NCBI GenBank assembly: GCA_009837085.1 | Contig: VXUF01000158.1 | Span: 666 to 64,665 of the forward strand | Direction of reading: 5' to 3' | Length of the DNA stretch: 64,000 bases | DNA from: Holophagales bacterium | GTDB taxonomy: Bacteria; Acidobacteriota; Thermoanaerobaculia; Multivoradales; Multivoraceae | Shown here: positions 30,000 to 38,706 of the stretch, in pieces | Position numbering within the stretch: the first letter of the stretch is position 1 | Layout of the letters: each line of letters starts with the position of its first letter | Position numbers and translations under genes: made by a program | Notes under the pieces: model-generated | Databases searched by the model: none | Seen by the model: the letters and a program-made list of their open reading frames with translations, nothing else | Told to the model about the DNA's origin: nothing

Positions 30000-30401
30000 A
30001 TGCGCTACGTGTCCTTCATCCACCGGGACGGCGCCGGTTACGGCGTGAGCTTTCCCGACTTTCCCGGCTGCGTCTCCGTCGGCGACACAGTCGACGAGGC
30101 CGTGCGGCACGGTTGCGAAGCCCTCGCCTTTCACGTCGAGGGTCTCGTAGCGGACGGCGCCCGGATTCCGCCCCCAAGGTCGATCGACGCGATCAAGGCC
30201 GACGCGGAACTCGCCGACTGGCGTCAGGGGGCGGACTTCGTTCTGATTCCACTCTTGCTGGACCGCGGATCTTCGCGGCGGGTCAACATTTCGCTTGACC
30301 GCGGTCTGCTCGAGGCGATCGACGACGAAGCCAGGGAGCGCCGGATGACCCGGTCGGCGTTCTTGGCCAGCGCGGCACGCCACGAGATCGAGGGGACGTG
30401 A
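30000..30401 (+). CDS. hicB: HicB-family antitoxin with C-terminal ribbon-helix-helix domain (no HicA partner seen)
   Basis: MRYVSFIHRDGAGYGVSFPDFPGCVSVGDTVDEA is the HicB N-domain pattern. The C-terminus VNISLDRGLLEAIDDEARERRMTRSAFL is CopG/RHH-like. SD AGGAGG lies upstream. Confidence 0.8.
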   Translation: MRYVSFIHRDGAGYGVSFPDFPGCVSVGDTVDEAVRHGCEALAFHVEGLVADGARIPPPRSIDAIKADAELADWRQGADFVLIPLLLDRGSSRRVNISLDRGLLEAIDDEARERRMTRSAFLASAARHEIEGT

Positions 30402-30432
30402 CCGAAGCGCCGCCGCACGTCGGCGCCGGGTC

Positions 30433-31881
30433 GTGACGGGCGCCGCCGAGCCCGAGGCGAAGCAGCGGCTGCTGCACTCGTCGGTCAGCGCCTACGGCTC
30501 GATGCTGCTGCGCCTGCTGCTCGCGTTCGCCGCACGCGCCATCCTGGCCCGGCTGATTCTCCCGGACGTTCACGGACTCTTCGACCTCGCGCTGCAATTC
30601 GTGGTGATGGCCTCCGCCATCCGCGACCTCGGCCTGACCCACCACCTCATGCGCGATCCGCGCGAGTCCTACGGCACAGTGCTCGCCTGGAGCCTGAGTG
30701 TAGGCGCCGCCATGTCCCTGGCCCTGGTCGCATTCGCCGGCGTCTTCTCCTACCTCAATCCGGACCTGCCGAATGTCCTGCGCGGTCTGGCCGTGTGGAT
30801 CGTCATCGATGCCGCGATCATGGTCTACCGGACCTTCTTCGAACGGCGGCTCCGAATCCGCGAAATCGCCGGCTTCGAAATCCTGCGCAGCCTCGTGTAC
30901 GGCCTGATCGCGGTCGGCCTGGCCCACCTCGGCGCCGGAGTCTGGTCTTTCGTGGGCGGCGAGTTGCTGGCATCGGCACTCTTCGCCGTTCTGCTGCTGT
31001 GGCGAGCGCGAGGCCGGGTCAAGCTAGACGTCGACTGGCAGCGACTCCGAGGCCTGCTCCGCGCCAGCCGCTACCTGTTCGTCGTCTGGGCCGCGGCCCA
31101 GGTCTTCAACCGCATCGACATCTACATCATCGAGATCTTCTCGACCACCACCTTCGTCGGCTACTACGGTCAGGCCTACTACTTCGCCTTCCTGGTCGCC
31201 CTGACCGTGACCCCAAGGCCGCTGTTGCCAGCCCTGGTCGAGTTCCGCGAGAAGGCTGCAGAGTTCGCGGAGACCCTGCGGCTCGGCACGCTGGTCTTCC
31301 TCGCCGGAATCGTCGTCTCGGCCTACTTCCTGTTCTTCAACGCCGAGAAGGCAGTCCAGGTGGTTCTCGGGCCCGGGTGGGACGACACGGTGCCGCTACT
31401 TCGCGTTCTCTGTCTGGTACCCCTGGTCGATGTCTTCACGACAACGGGCGGCGAAGCGCTGAAGGTGCAGAACCGGGACCGCCTGTGGGTGACCACGGTA
31501 GTGCTGAACATGCTGGCTCTCATCGGCTTCGGCTTCCTCTTCACCTACCTCTGGGGCCCCATTGGCATGGCCTGGGCGAACTTCCTGCGCATCGGCAGTT
31601 TGTTGATGTTCCTCAAGGTGCTCGGCATCTTCGCGGGCCGACGACGCCGGCTGGTCGCCAGTCTTGCCCAGGTCTACCTGCTGCCTCTGCCGTTCTTCAT
31701 TGCCGTCGCGGTCTTGCTGCCGACAGGCAGTTGGGCCCGGCTGATCGCCAGCATCGCGGCGGCGGCACTCGCCGGCGGCCTCCTGACGCTTCGCTTCCTC
31801 CCCGATTACCGGCGGTTCTTCCGCACCGCCACGACCGGCGCCGAGACAGCGGGCGACGCGGACATCGGGACGACCTCGTGA
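30433..31881 (+). CDS. Polysaccharide biosynthesis protein / oligosaccharide flippase (Wzx, MOP superfamily)
   Basis: 482 aa, hydrophobic helices throughout, Wzx-like N-terminal pattern ([26 protein letters not shown]), located in a glycan gene block. Confidence 0.75.
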   Translation: MTGAAEPEAKQRLLHSSVSAYGSMLLRLLLAFAARAILARLILPDVHGLFDLALQFVVMASAIRDLGLTHHLMRDPRESYGTVLAWSLSVGAAMSLALVAFAGVFSYLNPDLPNVLRGLAVWIVIDAAIMVYRTFFERRLRIREIAGFEILRSLVYGLIAVGLAHLGAGVWSFVGGELLASALFAVLLLWRARGRVKLDVDWQRLRGLLRASRYLFVVWAAAQVFNRIDIYIIEIFSTTTFVGYYGQAYYFAFLVALTVTPRPLLPALVEFREKAAEFAETLRLGTLVFLAGIVVSAYFLFFNAEKAVQVVLGPGWDDTVPLLRVLCLVPLVDVFTTTGGEALKVQNRDRLWVTTVVLNMLALIGFGFLFTYLWGPIGMAWANFLRIGSLLMFLKVLGIFAGRRRRLVASLAQVYLLPLPFFIAVAVLLPTGSWARLIASIAAAALAGGLLTLRFLPDYRRFFRTATTGAETAGDADIGTTS

Positions 31882-33431
31882 CGGATCGCCGAACGCTCAG
31901 ACTCCTCGGCGCCTCGGCGGCAGCCCTGCCGCTGCTAACCCTCCTGTTCCTCCCGATCCGCACGATCGACGACGCCTTCATCACCTTCCGCTACGCCCGC
32001 CACCTTGCCGACGGCAACGGCCTGGTCTTCAACCTCGGCGAGCGCGTGGAAGGGGTGACCAGCCTGTCGTGGACCCTGCTGCTGGCGTTCGTCGAAACGC
32101 TGCGTCTGCCGGTCGAGCCCGCGGCGTTCGTTCTCGGCGTGTCGTTCGCCCTGTTGGCATTGCGCGAGGCCTACCTGCTGGGTCGCGGCCTCGGCGCCTC
32201 ACCGGCGGCCTGTCTGGCCGCGGTCGCGCTGGTGGCGGTCCATGGCCGCTTCTGGCTGGTTGCCGGCAACGGCCTGGAGGGCGGCCTGTTCGCCTTTCTG
32301 GTCGTCCTCGTCGCGCGTAAGACCATCGAGGAAGCGGACACGCGGCTGATCGGCGTCCTTCTGGGGCTGCTCTTCATGACCCGGCCGGAGAGCCTGGTCG
32401 TCCTGCCGATCGTCGCCGGCTATCAGTTGCTGGGAACGTCCGAATCCGCCGAGAGGACGGAAGCGCGTACCCGAGCCGTCACCCTTTCGGTTGCGGCTCT
32501 CGCGGTCGTCGGGGCCGTCACGATCTGGCGGCTCGGCTACTACGGCGCCCTCCTGCCCAACTCGGTGGCCGCCAAGTCCGCCGTCTCGGCCGGAACCGAG
32601 ACGCTGCTGGCGAATCTGGTGTCGGGCCTGTCCTATACCGTCCGCTTCGAGATCGCTCACGCGCCCCTGATCCTCGGCGCCGCAATCGCACTGGTCCGAA
32701 GGCCCGCGAACCGGGCCCTGTGGTTCTGCCTGCTCGTGGTGGTGTCCGAGTTGCCGGCCGTCCTCGTCAACGGCGGCGACTGGATGCCTCACTACCGGCT
32801 GTTGACCGTGTTCGCACCGGTGCTGGCGGCTCCGCTGGCCCTCTGCCTCTCAAGTGCGTTCGGGGACTGGGACATGCCGGGCCCCGCCAGACGGCGCTCA
32901 GCCTGGGTGCTCGCCGTGCTGTCCGTGAGCGCCGTCTTCATGCTCAGCCGCAGTCCCTGGCAGACCACACCCGGCCCGCGCTTCACCTTCCATCCGATCA
33001 CGAGCTGCTACCAGTTCATGGCGACCCGCCTGAAGCCCCACCTTGCGCCCGGCGACGTCGCCGCCGCCGAAGCGATCGGGCTCTTCGGCTGGATCCTCGA
33101 CGAAACGACGATCCACGATCCTCTCGGCCTGACCTCCACTCATCACGCTCGCCACGGCGAGTACCACCTGAACTGGGGTAAAACCGACTACAACCATCTC
33201 CACCAGGTCCGCCCCGCGGTCCTCGTGCTCCACGAGGGCTCGGTGGTGACCCCCGGGAAGATCGACCGCGGCACCGACGGCCGCTTCGCCCGCGACTACT
33301 CCGCCTGGTTCGTCAGCCAGCAGCCGCCCTGCGCGCCGTACCGGCTCATCGTGTACATCGACAACGAGCGACTGGAGCGCCTTCGCCCGGCACTCGCCGG
33401 CCTCGCCATCGAGCCCCTGCCGACCAGCTAG
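31878..33431 (+). CDS. Large polytopic membrane protein, possibly a GT-C-type glycosyltransferase/polymerase
   Basis: GTG 31878 overlaps the flippase stop (GTGA). Early loop motif [26 protein letters not shown] is followed by many hydrophobic segments. 517 aa. Family not firmly recognised. Confidence 0.45.
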   Translation: MTDRRTLRLLGASAAALPLLTLLFLPIRTIDDAFITFRYARHLADGNGLVFNLGERVEGVTSLSWTLLLAFVETLRLPVEPAAFVLGVSFALLALREAYLLGRGLGASPAACLAAVALVAVHGRFWLVAGNGLEGGLFAFLVVLVARKTIEEADTRLIGVLLGLLFMTRPESLVVLPIVAGYQLLGTSESAERTEARTRAVTLSVAALAVVGAVTIWRLGYYGALLPNSVAAKSAVSAGTETLLANLVSGLSYTVRFEIAHAPLILGAAIALVRRPANRALWFCLLVVVSELPAVLVNGGDWMPHYRLLTVFAPVLAAPLALCLSSAFGDWDMPGPARRRSAWVLAVLSVSAVFMLSRSPWQTTPGPRFTFHPITSCYQFMATRLKPHLAPGDVAAAEAIGLFGWILDETTIHDPLGLTSTHHARHGEYHLNWGKTDYNHLHQVRPAVLVLHEGSVVTPGKIDRGTDGRFARDYSAWFVSQQPPCAPYRLIVYIDNERLERLRPALAGLAIEPLPTS

Positions 33432-33491
33432 GAGTCAACGCTGCGTCTTCGCAACGCTGACTCGCATGGGACTCGCCGCCCACTGGGCGGC
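33432..33491. terminator. Two hairpins between convergent genes (possible bidirectional terminators)
   Basis: 33432..33463 forms a 14-position stem with 12 pairs and loop tctt. 33475..33491 is gccgccc-act-gggcggc. Neither has a clear T-tract. Confidence 0.4.
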
Positions 33492-33500
33492 ACTACCAAC

Positions 33501-34442
33501 TCAGCCGGCAGGCAACCGCCGGCGCAACCAGATCGAGCCGAAGTGGGTGTCGTAGTCGTCCACTTCGACCGGGCGGTAGCCGGGAATCGTTCGCTCCAGG
33601 TAGGGCTCGTCGAAGTGACGAATCATCGGCGCGGAGAGCACCACCTCGAACTCCCGGTTGAAGCTCAGGAAGGCCTGCAGGACCATCGCCTCCGTGCGGT
33701 AGAGCGGCCACTTGGCGCGAAAGATGTACTGCTCGGCCGGGTAGGGAGTGTTGTAGGGGAAGTGGATGTCATGGATGTGGACCACGACGCCGGGCCGCAG
33801 CCGCGGCAGCACCTCGAGGAAGAGAAACGCCACGTCTCCGCCGAGCTTCAGCACGTGGGTCGAGTCGATGAACAGCACGTCGCCGGCATCCAGGGCCTCG
33901 AAGAGCCCGAGGTCCGTGGCCTCGACCTTTGACACGACGGCGTTCACCGCCGGACCCTCCAGCTCGCGCAGCCGGCCGGTCGGGAACGGATCGATACAGG
34001 TCATGTCGCAGGCACGGCCGTCACGCCCGTTCGCCGCCCCGGCCAGCCACGCGTAGTAGGTCGACAGCCCGGACCCGATCTCGACATAGCGCGCCGGCCG
34101 CAGGTCCCGCACCATGAGGTACGTCGTCAGCGCATCGATGACCGGGAATCCCGGGCCATATCCCAATGCCCTGATCTCACTGTGCGGCGGCAGTTCCTCG
34201 AACTCTCCGCCATGGGTCTCGACCAGGGCTGCGAGCAGAGACTTCATCGCGTCCAGGTCGTAGTCGACTCCCACCAACTCGCTCGGCCGGTCCCACGACT
34301 CCCGGGACTCCGCCACCTCTGACAGCACCGGCAACGGCGAGTAGAAGTCGGCCGTCCACGCCACGTTCCACCCCAACCGCCGCAGGGCGGCGAACAGGGC
34401 CGCGTGCAACCGGCGGTAGATCGTCCTCAGCACGTTGACCAT
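33501..34442 (-). CDS. Class I SAM-dependent methyltransferase-like protein
   Basis: ATG 34442. YVEIGSGLSTYYAWLA glycine-rich SAM loop and DVLFIDSTHV acidic strand. 313 aa. Next to glycan genes. Confidence 0.55.
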   Translation of the reverse strand: MVNVLRTIYRRLHAALFAALRRLGWNVAWTADFYSPLPVLSEVAESRESWDRPSELVGVDYDLDAMKSLLAALVETHGGEFEELPPHSEIRALGYGPGFPVIDALTTYLMVRDLRPARYVEIGSGLSTYYAWLAGAANGRDGRACDMTCIDPFPTGRLRELEGPAVNAVVSKVEATDLGLFEALDAGDVLFIDSTHVLKLGGDVAFLFLEVLPRLRPGVVVHIHDIHFPYNTPYPAEQYIFRAKWPLYRTEAMVLQAFLSFNREFEVVLSAPMIRHFDEPYLERTIPGYRPVEVDDYDTHFGSIWLRRRLPAG

Positions 34443-34701
34443 CGGATGCCGACGATAGCCCGTTCGGAACTCAAGGAGCGAGGCATCGGCTCGCGCATTT
34501 CCGCCGCGCGATCCGGAGTCGGCCACCTGTGCCGATCCGCCGGGACAAGCCACGAAAAAATCGCTCGAAGAGACGACAGATTCGCCAAAATCTCACACAG
34601 GCTCCTATAGGCTCCCCGTTCGGTCGGACAGCTTCAACGGACAGAGTTCAATTGAGTCGCCCCGCTCATCGTAATGCCGCAACTCCTCGCCGAGGTGCCC
34701 G

Positions 34702-36687
34702 GTGATCGGCCCCGCAGGAGTTCTCAAGGAACGTTCGAAGACAGCACCGGCCCGGAACCTCAATCAGACGATCGAGGCCGCGGCGCGCAACCTCCTGAGC
34801 AGTCGCAAGGAGGATGGTCACTGGCGCTTTGAGCTCGAGGGCGACACGATCCTCGAATCGGAGTACGTTCTGCTGCTCTACTTCCTCGGCCGCGCAGGCG
34901 ATCCGAGAGTCACCGCCTGCTGCCGGCGCCTGCGGAGCCAGCAGATGCCGACAGGCGGCTGGGCGACCTATCCGGGCGGACGGGTCGATCCAAGCGTGTC
35001 CGTCAAGGCCTATCTGTGCCTGAAGCTCGCCGGCGACGACCCGCGTTCGCCGCACATGGCCGCGGCACGCCGCGCGATCCTCGGCGCCGGAGGGCTGCGT
35101 GCTTGCAACTCGTACACGAAGTTGTACCTGGCAATCTTCGGCCTGTGGCGCTGGCGACAGGCGCCGGCGGTGCCCCCGGAGATGATCCTCCTGCCGCGGT
35201 GGTTCTGCTTCAACATCTACGACATGTCTTCGTGGACGCGGGCGATGGTCGTTCCGCTGTCGGTGATCTGGGCCCACCGGCCGAGCGTGCCGCTCGGCGT
35301 CACGCTCGATGAACTCGAAACGGAGTTCGTCCCGACTCGTGCTCGTCGACCGCTGATCGAGCTTCTCTGGGCACAGGCGTTCAGCGCGCTCAGCGCACTG
35401 TTCAAGCTGGTCGACTGGATCGGTCCTCTTCCCTGGTGGCGGCGCCGTGCCCTGGTGAAGGCCGAAAGATGGCTGACAGAGCGCATCGAGTGCGCGGACG
35501 GCCTGGGCGCGATCTTCGGGGCAATGGTGAACGCCGTCATCGCTTTGCGGTGCCTGGGATACGACCTGAACCACCCCCTGGTTCAGGCTCAACTGCGCGA
35601 ACTCGAACGGTTCGAGATCGAGGAGGCCGGGGAGACCCGCCTCCAGCCTTGTCTGTCGCCGGTCTGGGATACGACCCTGACGGTGAACGCGTTGCTCGAT
35701 GCCGGCGTGGATGACGGGAAAGCCCCGATTCAGGAAGCTCTGGAGTGGCTGCTGGACCGGGAGATCTCGGTTGCGGGCGATTGGCGCCAAAGGAGTCTCC
35801 AGGAGGCGCCCGGCGGCTGGTGCTTCGAGTACCGGAACGACCACTACCCCGACTGCGACGACACGGCGGAGGCACTGCTGGCGCTGGCCCGGGTCCGGGG
35901 GCGTTTCGCGCTGGAAGGGCGACGGCAAGAGGCACTGGCCCGGGGACTGGCCTGGCTTCTGGGCATGCAGAACCCGGACGGCGGCTGGGCCGCCTTCGAC
36001 CGGGGATGTGACAAGGAAGTCCTCACCTTCATTCCCTTCGCCGATCACAACGCGATGATCGATCCGAGCACGCCGGACATCACCTCTCGAAGCATCCGTG
36101 CCCTGCTTGCCGCGGGACTCGGTCCGCGGGAGGCGCCGGTCAGGCGGGCCGCCGGGTACCTGCTGCGACAGCAGGAGGAGGACGGAAGCTGGCCCGGACG
36201 CTGGGGGGCCAATCACATCTACGGGACCGGGCTTTCGCTGCGGGCTCTAGGTGAGCTCGCCTCCCCGGCGGCACGCGACCGCTCCGACGCCCTGGCGCGG
36301 GCGTTGAAGCGTGGCCGGAGTTGGCTCGTCCGGGTCCAGAACGGAGACGGCGGGTGGGGCGAGTCGCTCCGTTCCTACGAGCATCCGACCGCCAGGGGGC
36401 GCGGGGACAGCACCGCATCCCAGACGGCCTGGGCGATGCTGGGGCTGAGCGCGGCCGTCCGAGCGCGGCCGGAACCACGCGAATCCGGTGTGGCTCGCGC
36501 GGCGCTCGACCGTGCCGCCGCCTTCCTTCAGGAGCGTCAGCGGGAGGACGGTTCCTGGTACGACCACTGGTGGACCGGGGTCGGTTTTCCGGGAGTCTTC
36601 TATCTCCGATACCACGGCTACGCCCAGTACTTTCCGCTCGCGGCGCTTGCTGCGTATCGCCGGCTTCGATCAGGGAGCCGGCGATGA
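34702..36687 (+). CDS. shc: Squalene-hopene cyclase
   Basis: Catalytic DxDD motif HYPDCDDTAEA. Repeated QW motifs (QNPDGGWAAF, QEEDGSWPGRWG, QNGDGGWGES, QREDGSWYDHWW). 661 aa. Confidence 0.92.
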   Translation: MIGPAGVLKERSKTAPARNLNQTIEAAARNLLSSRKEDGHWRFELEGDTILESEYVLLLYFLGRAGDPRVTACCRRLRSQQMPTGGWATYPGGRVDPSVSVKAYLCLKLAGDDPRSPHMAAARRAILGAGGLRACNSYTKLYLAIFGLWRWRQAPAVPPEMILLPRWFCFNIYDMSSWTRAMVVPLSVIWAHRPSVPLGVTLDELETEFVPTRARRPLIELLWAQAFSALSALFKLVDWIGPLPWWRRRALVKAERWLTERIECADGLGAIFGAMVNAVIALRCLGYDLNHPLVQAQLRELERFEIEEAGETRLQPCLSPVWDTTLTVNALLDAGVDDGKAPIQEALEWLLDREISVAGDWRQRSLQEAPGGWCFEYRNDHYPDCDDTAEALLALARVRGRFALEGRRQEALARGLAWLLGMQNPDGGWAAFDRGCDKEVLTFIPFADHNAMIDPSTPDITSRSIRALLAAGLGPREAPVRRAAGYLLRQQEEDGSWPGRWGANHIYGTGLSLRALGELASPAARDRSDALARALKRGRSWLVRVQNGDGGWGESLRSYEHPTARGRGDSTASQTAWAMLGLSAAVRARPEPRESGVARAALDRAAAFLQERQREDGSWYDHWWTGVGFPGVFYLRYHGYAQYFPLAALAAYRRLRSGSRR

Positions 36688-38693
36688 CCGTCAGGTTCGC
36701 CGAGGAGATTCTCCTGCTCATCCTCGACGAAGAGCACGGTGATCTGCCGGAGTCCTACTCGGAGCATCTTCTGGACATCGTCGTCGCCGGCGCCGTGTTG
36801 ATGGATCTGGCGCTGGAGGGACGGATCGACACGGACCTCGAGAAACTCGTCCTGGTGGACTCGACGCCTCTTGAGGACGAGCTTCTCGATCCGACCCTGG
36901 CGGATGTAGCGACCGGCCCGGGCGATCGCAACGCGGACTACTGGATCGCGCGCACCGCGGAGCGGGGCAAGGAGATCCGTGAACGTGCGCTTGCCCGCCT
37001 GGTCGAGAACGGAATCCTGGAAACCGATGCCGGCGGCATGTTCTTTTCGTCCGCCGTCTCCCGTTCCAGGCGCTATCCGACCCGTGACGGGCGCCAGATG
37101 GAGGAAGTGCGCCTGCGAATCATGCGGGTGCTGTTCAGCGACGAGATACCCGATCCGCGCGATGTCGTGCTCATCTGCCTGAGCGACGCCAGCGGCGTAC
37201 TGCGTCGCCTGCTCACGCCGCAGGAGAGGACCCGGCTGCGGGAACGGATCGAGCAGATCCGGAAGCTCGACCTGATCGGCCGGTTCCTGCTCCCGGCGAT
37301 TCGCCAGAACCAGCTCGCCGCCCCGGCGCCGACGGCAGCCCGGCAGCCGAGCGAGATTCCCGAAGTGAAGGGCCTCCCGTTCCTCGGCAGCGCCCTCAGC
37401 ATGACCGGAGATCTGAGCGTCTTCTTCGCCCGGCAGTATAGGGAACTGGGCCCCGTCTTTCGCGTGCGCGCCCTGAACCGGCGCCTCCTCGTTCTCGCCG
37501 GTCCGGAAGCCGTTCAGTTTCTCCAACGCCAGGGCAAGGCCCACTTGCGAACCGGCAACGAGTGGTTGCGCTTCAGTTGGGAGATGGGGGCCTCCAAGAC
37601 GATCATCGCCCAGGAGGGCCCTCCACATGTCCGCATGCGCAAGACGATGGCCCCGGGCCTTTCGCCCCAGTGCCTCCACGAGCGCATGCCCGACTTCATG
37701 CGCATCACCCGAACGGAGATCGCCGGCTGGCTCCACGGCGGTCCCGTTGCGGCCCGCTCCGCGCTTCAGCGCATGATCACTCGCCAAGCCGGCGCACTGC
37801 TGGCCAACCTCGACATGGTCGACGGCTCCGACGACCTGGACCGCCTTCTAGGGACGATCCTGGACGTGGAGGTGGCGCGACGACGTCCAAGGTGGTGGCT
37901 GAAGCTCCCGCGGGTGTCTCGCGCTCGAAAGTCCTATCGGGCGCTCTTCGAGGAGATCATGGCAGTGCACGAGCGACGCAAACCGTCTGGCGGCCCATCG
38001 AACGTCGTGGACGATCTGCTCGATCTTCATCGAAGAGACCCTCGGCTGCTCCCCGAAGAGGACCTGCCGGGCGTCGTCGGATCCATCCTCATCGCGGCGC
38101 TCCACACGGCAGCGTACACGGTGGTGTTCGCGCTCTACGAGGCGCTGAAACGCCCGCGGTTCCTGAACGCGATGAGGGCCGAAGCGGACGCCCTGTTCGA
38201 CAGCGGAGCCGCAGCCGCGCCTCCACTGTCACGACTTGACGTCACGAACCGCTTCGCGATGGAGACCATGCGGGTGTACTCGATCACGCCCGCGGTGCTG
38301 CGTCGCGTAACGAACTCGTTCGTGTTTGCCGGCCACACGATTCCGGCCGGCGCAGACATCGTGATCGCCTACGGAGCAGCGCACCATCTGCCGGAGCACT
38401 TCCCCGATCCGCAGCGTTTCGACATCGACCGGTACACGCCGGAGCGGGCGGAGCATCGGGCAGCCGGTGTGTACGTTCCGTTCAGCGCGGGAGCGCACAG
38501 TTGCCTGGGAAAGGGCCTCGCCCAGATTCAGATCGCACTGACCCTTGCGACGATCTTCCATGAGGCCGACCTGGAGATGAGGCCCCCGGGCTACAGGCTG
38601 AAGGTCTCCTACGGTCTGTCGCCCAGGCCGGCCGATTCCTTCAGGTTCGTCGCGCGGCGCAGAAGAGAAAGAGACGCCTCCCTCACCGCCTGA
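36684..38693 (+). CDS. Fusion protein: N-terminal GPP34/GOLPH3-family domain + C-terminal cytochrome P450
   Basis: ATG 36684 overlaps the shc stop (ATGA). The N-terminus EEILLLILDEEHGDL...VVAGAVLMDLALEGRIDTD is GPP34-like. P450 motifs are ExxR (ETMR) and heme loop FSAGAHSCLGKGLA. Confidence 0.8.
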   Translation: MTVRFAEEILLLILDEEHGDLPESYSEHLLDIVVAGAVLMDLALEGRIDTDLEKLVLVDSTPLEDELLDPTLADVATGPGDRNADYWIARTAERGKEIRERALARLVENGILETDAGGMFFSSAVSRSRRYPTRDGRQMEEVRLRIMRVLFSDEIPDPRDVVLICLSDASGVLRRLLTPQERTRLRERIEQIRKLDLIGRFLLPAIRQNQLAAPAPTAARQPSEIPEVKGLPFLGSALSMTGDLSVFFARQYRELGPVFRVRALNRRLLVLAGPEAVQFLQRQGKAHLRTGNEWLRFSWEMGASKTIIAQEGPPHVRMRKTMAPGLSPQCLHERMPDFMRITRTEIAGWLHGGPVAARSALQRMITRQAGALLANLDMVDGSDDLDRLLGTILDVEVARRRPRWWLKLPRVSRARKSYRALFEEIMAVHERRKPSGGPSNVVDDLLDLHRRDPRLLPEEDLPGVVGSILIAALHTAAYTVVFALYEALKRPRFLNAMRAEADALFDSGAAAAPPLSRLDVTNRFAMETMRVYSITPAVLRRVTNSFVFAGHTIPAGADIVIAYGAAHHLPEHFPDPQRFDIDRYTPERAEHRAAGVYVPFSAGAHSCLGKGLAQIQIALTLATIFHEADLEMRPPGYRLKVSYGLSPRPADSFRFVARRRRERDASLTA

Positions 38694-38706
38694 GGAGGAG
38701 ACTCCA

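Noticed and set aside
30795-31877. Long 5' extensions of real genes in the ORF track (also 36321..36683, 45111..45347, 48371..49045, 57163..57591, 11833..12360, 19280..19741, 20368..20736)
   Set aside because: These extensions overlap the preceding, well-supported gene in another frame and translate to Arg/Pro-rich junk. In each case a start codon overlapping the upstream stop (ATGA/GTGA) marks where recognisable protein sequence begins.
34443-34701. Small ORF 34404..34610 in the shc/methyltransferase divergent region
   Set aside because: It overlaps the methyltransferase start, has no SD and no protein-like features. The AT-richer 259-bp region is better explained as a divergent promoter.
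34666-36216. 516-aa minus-strand ORF
   Set aside because: It is antisense to squalene-hopene cyclase and has no protein-like features.
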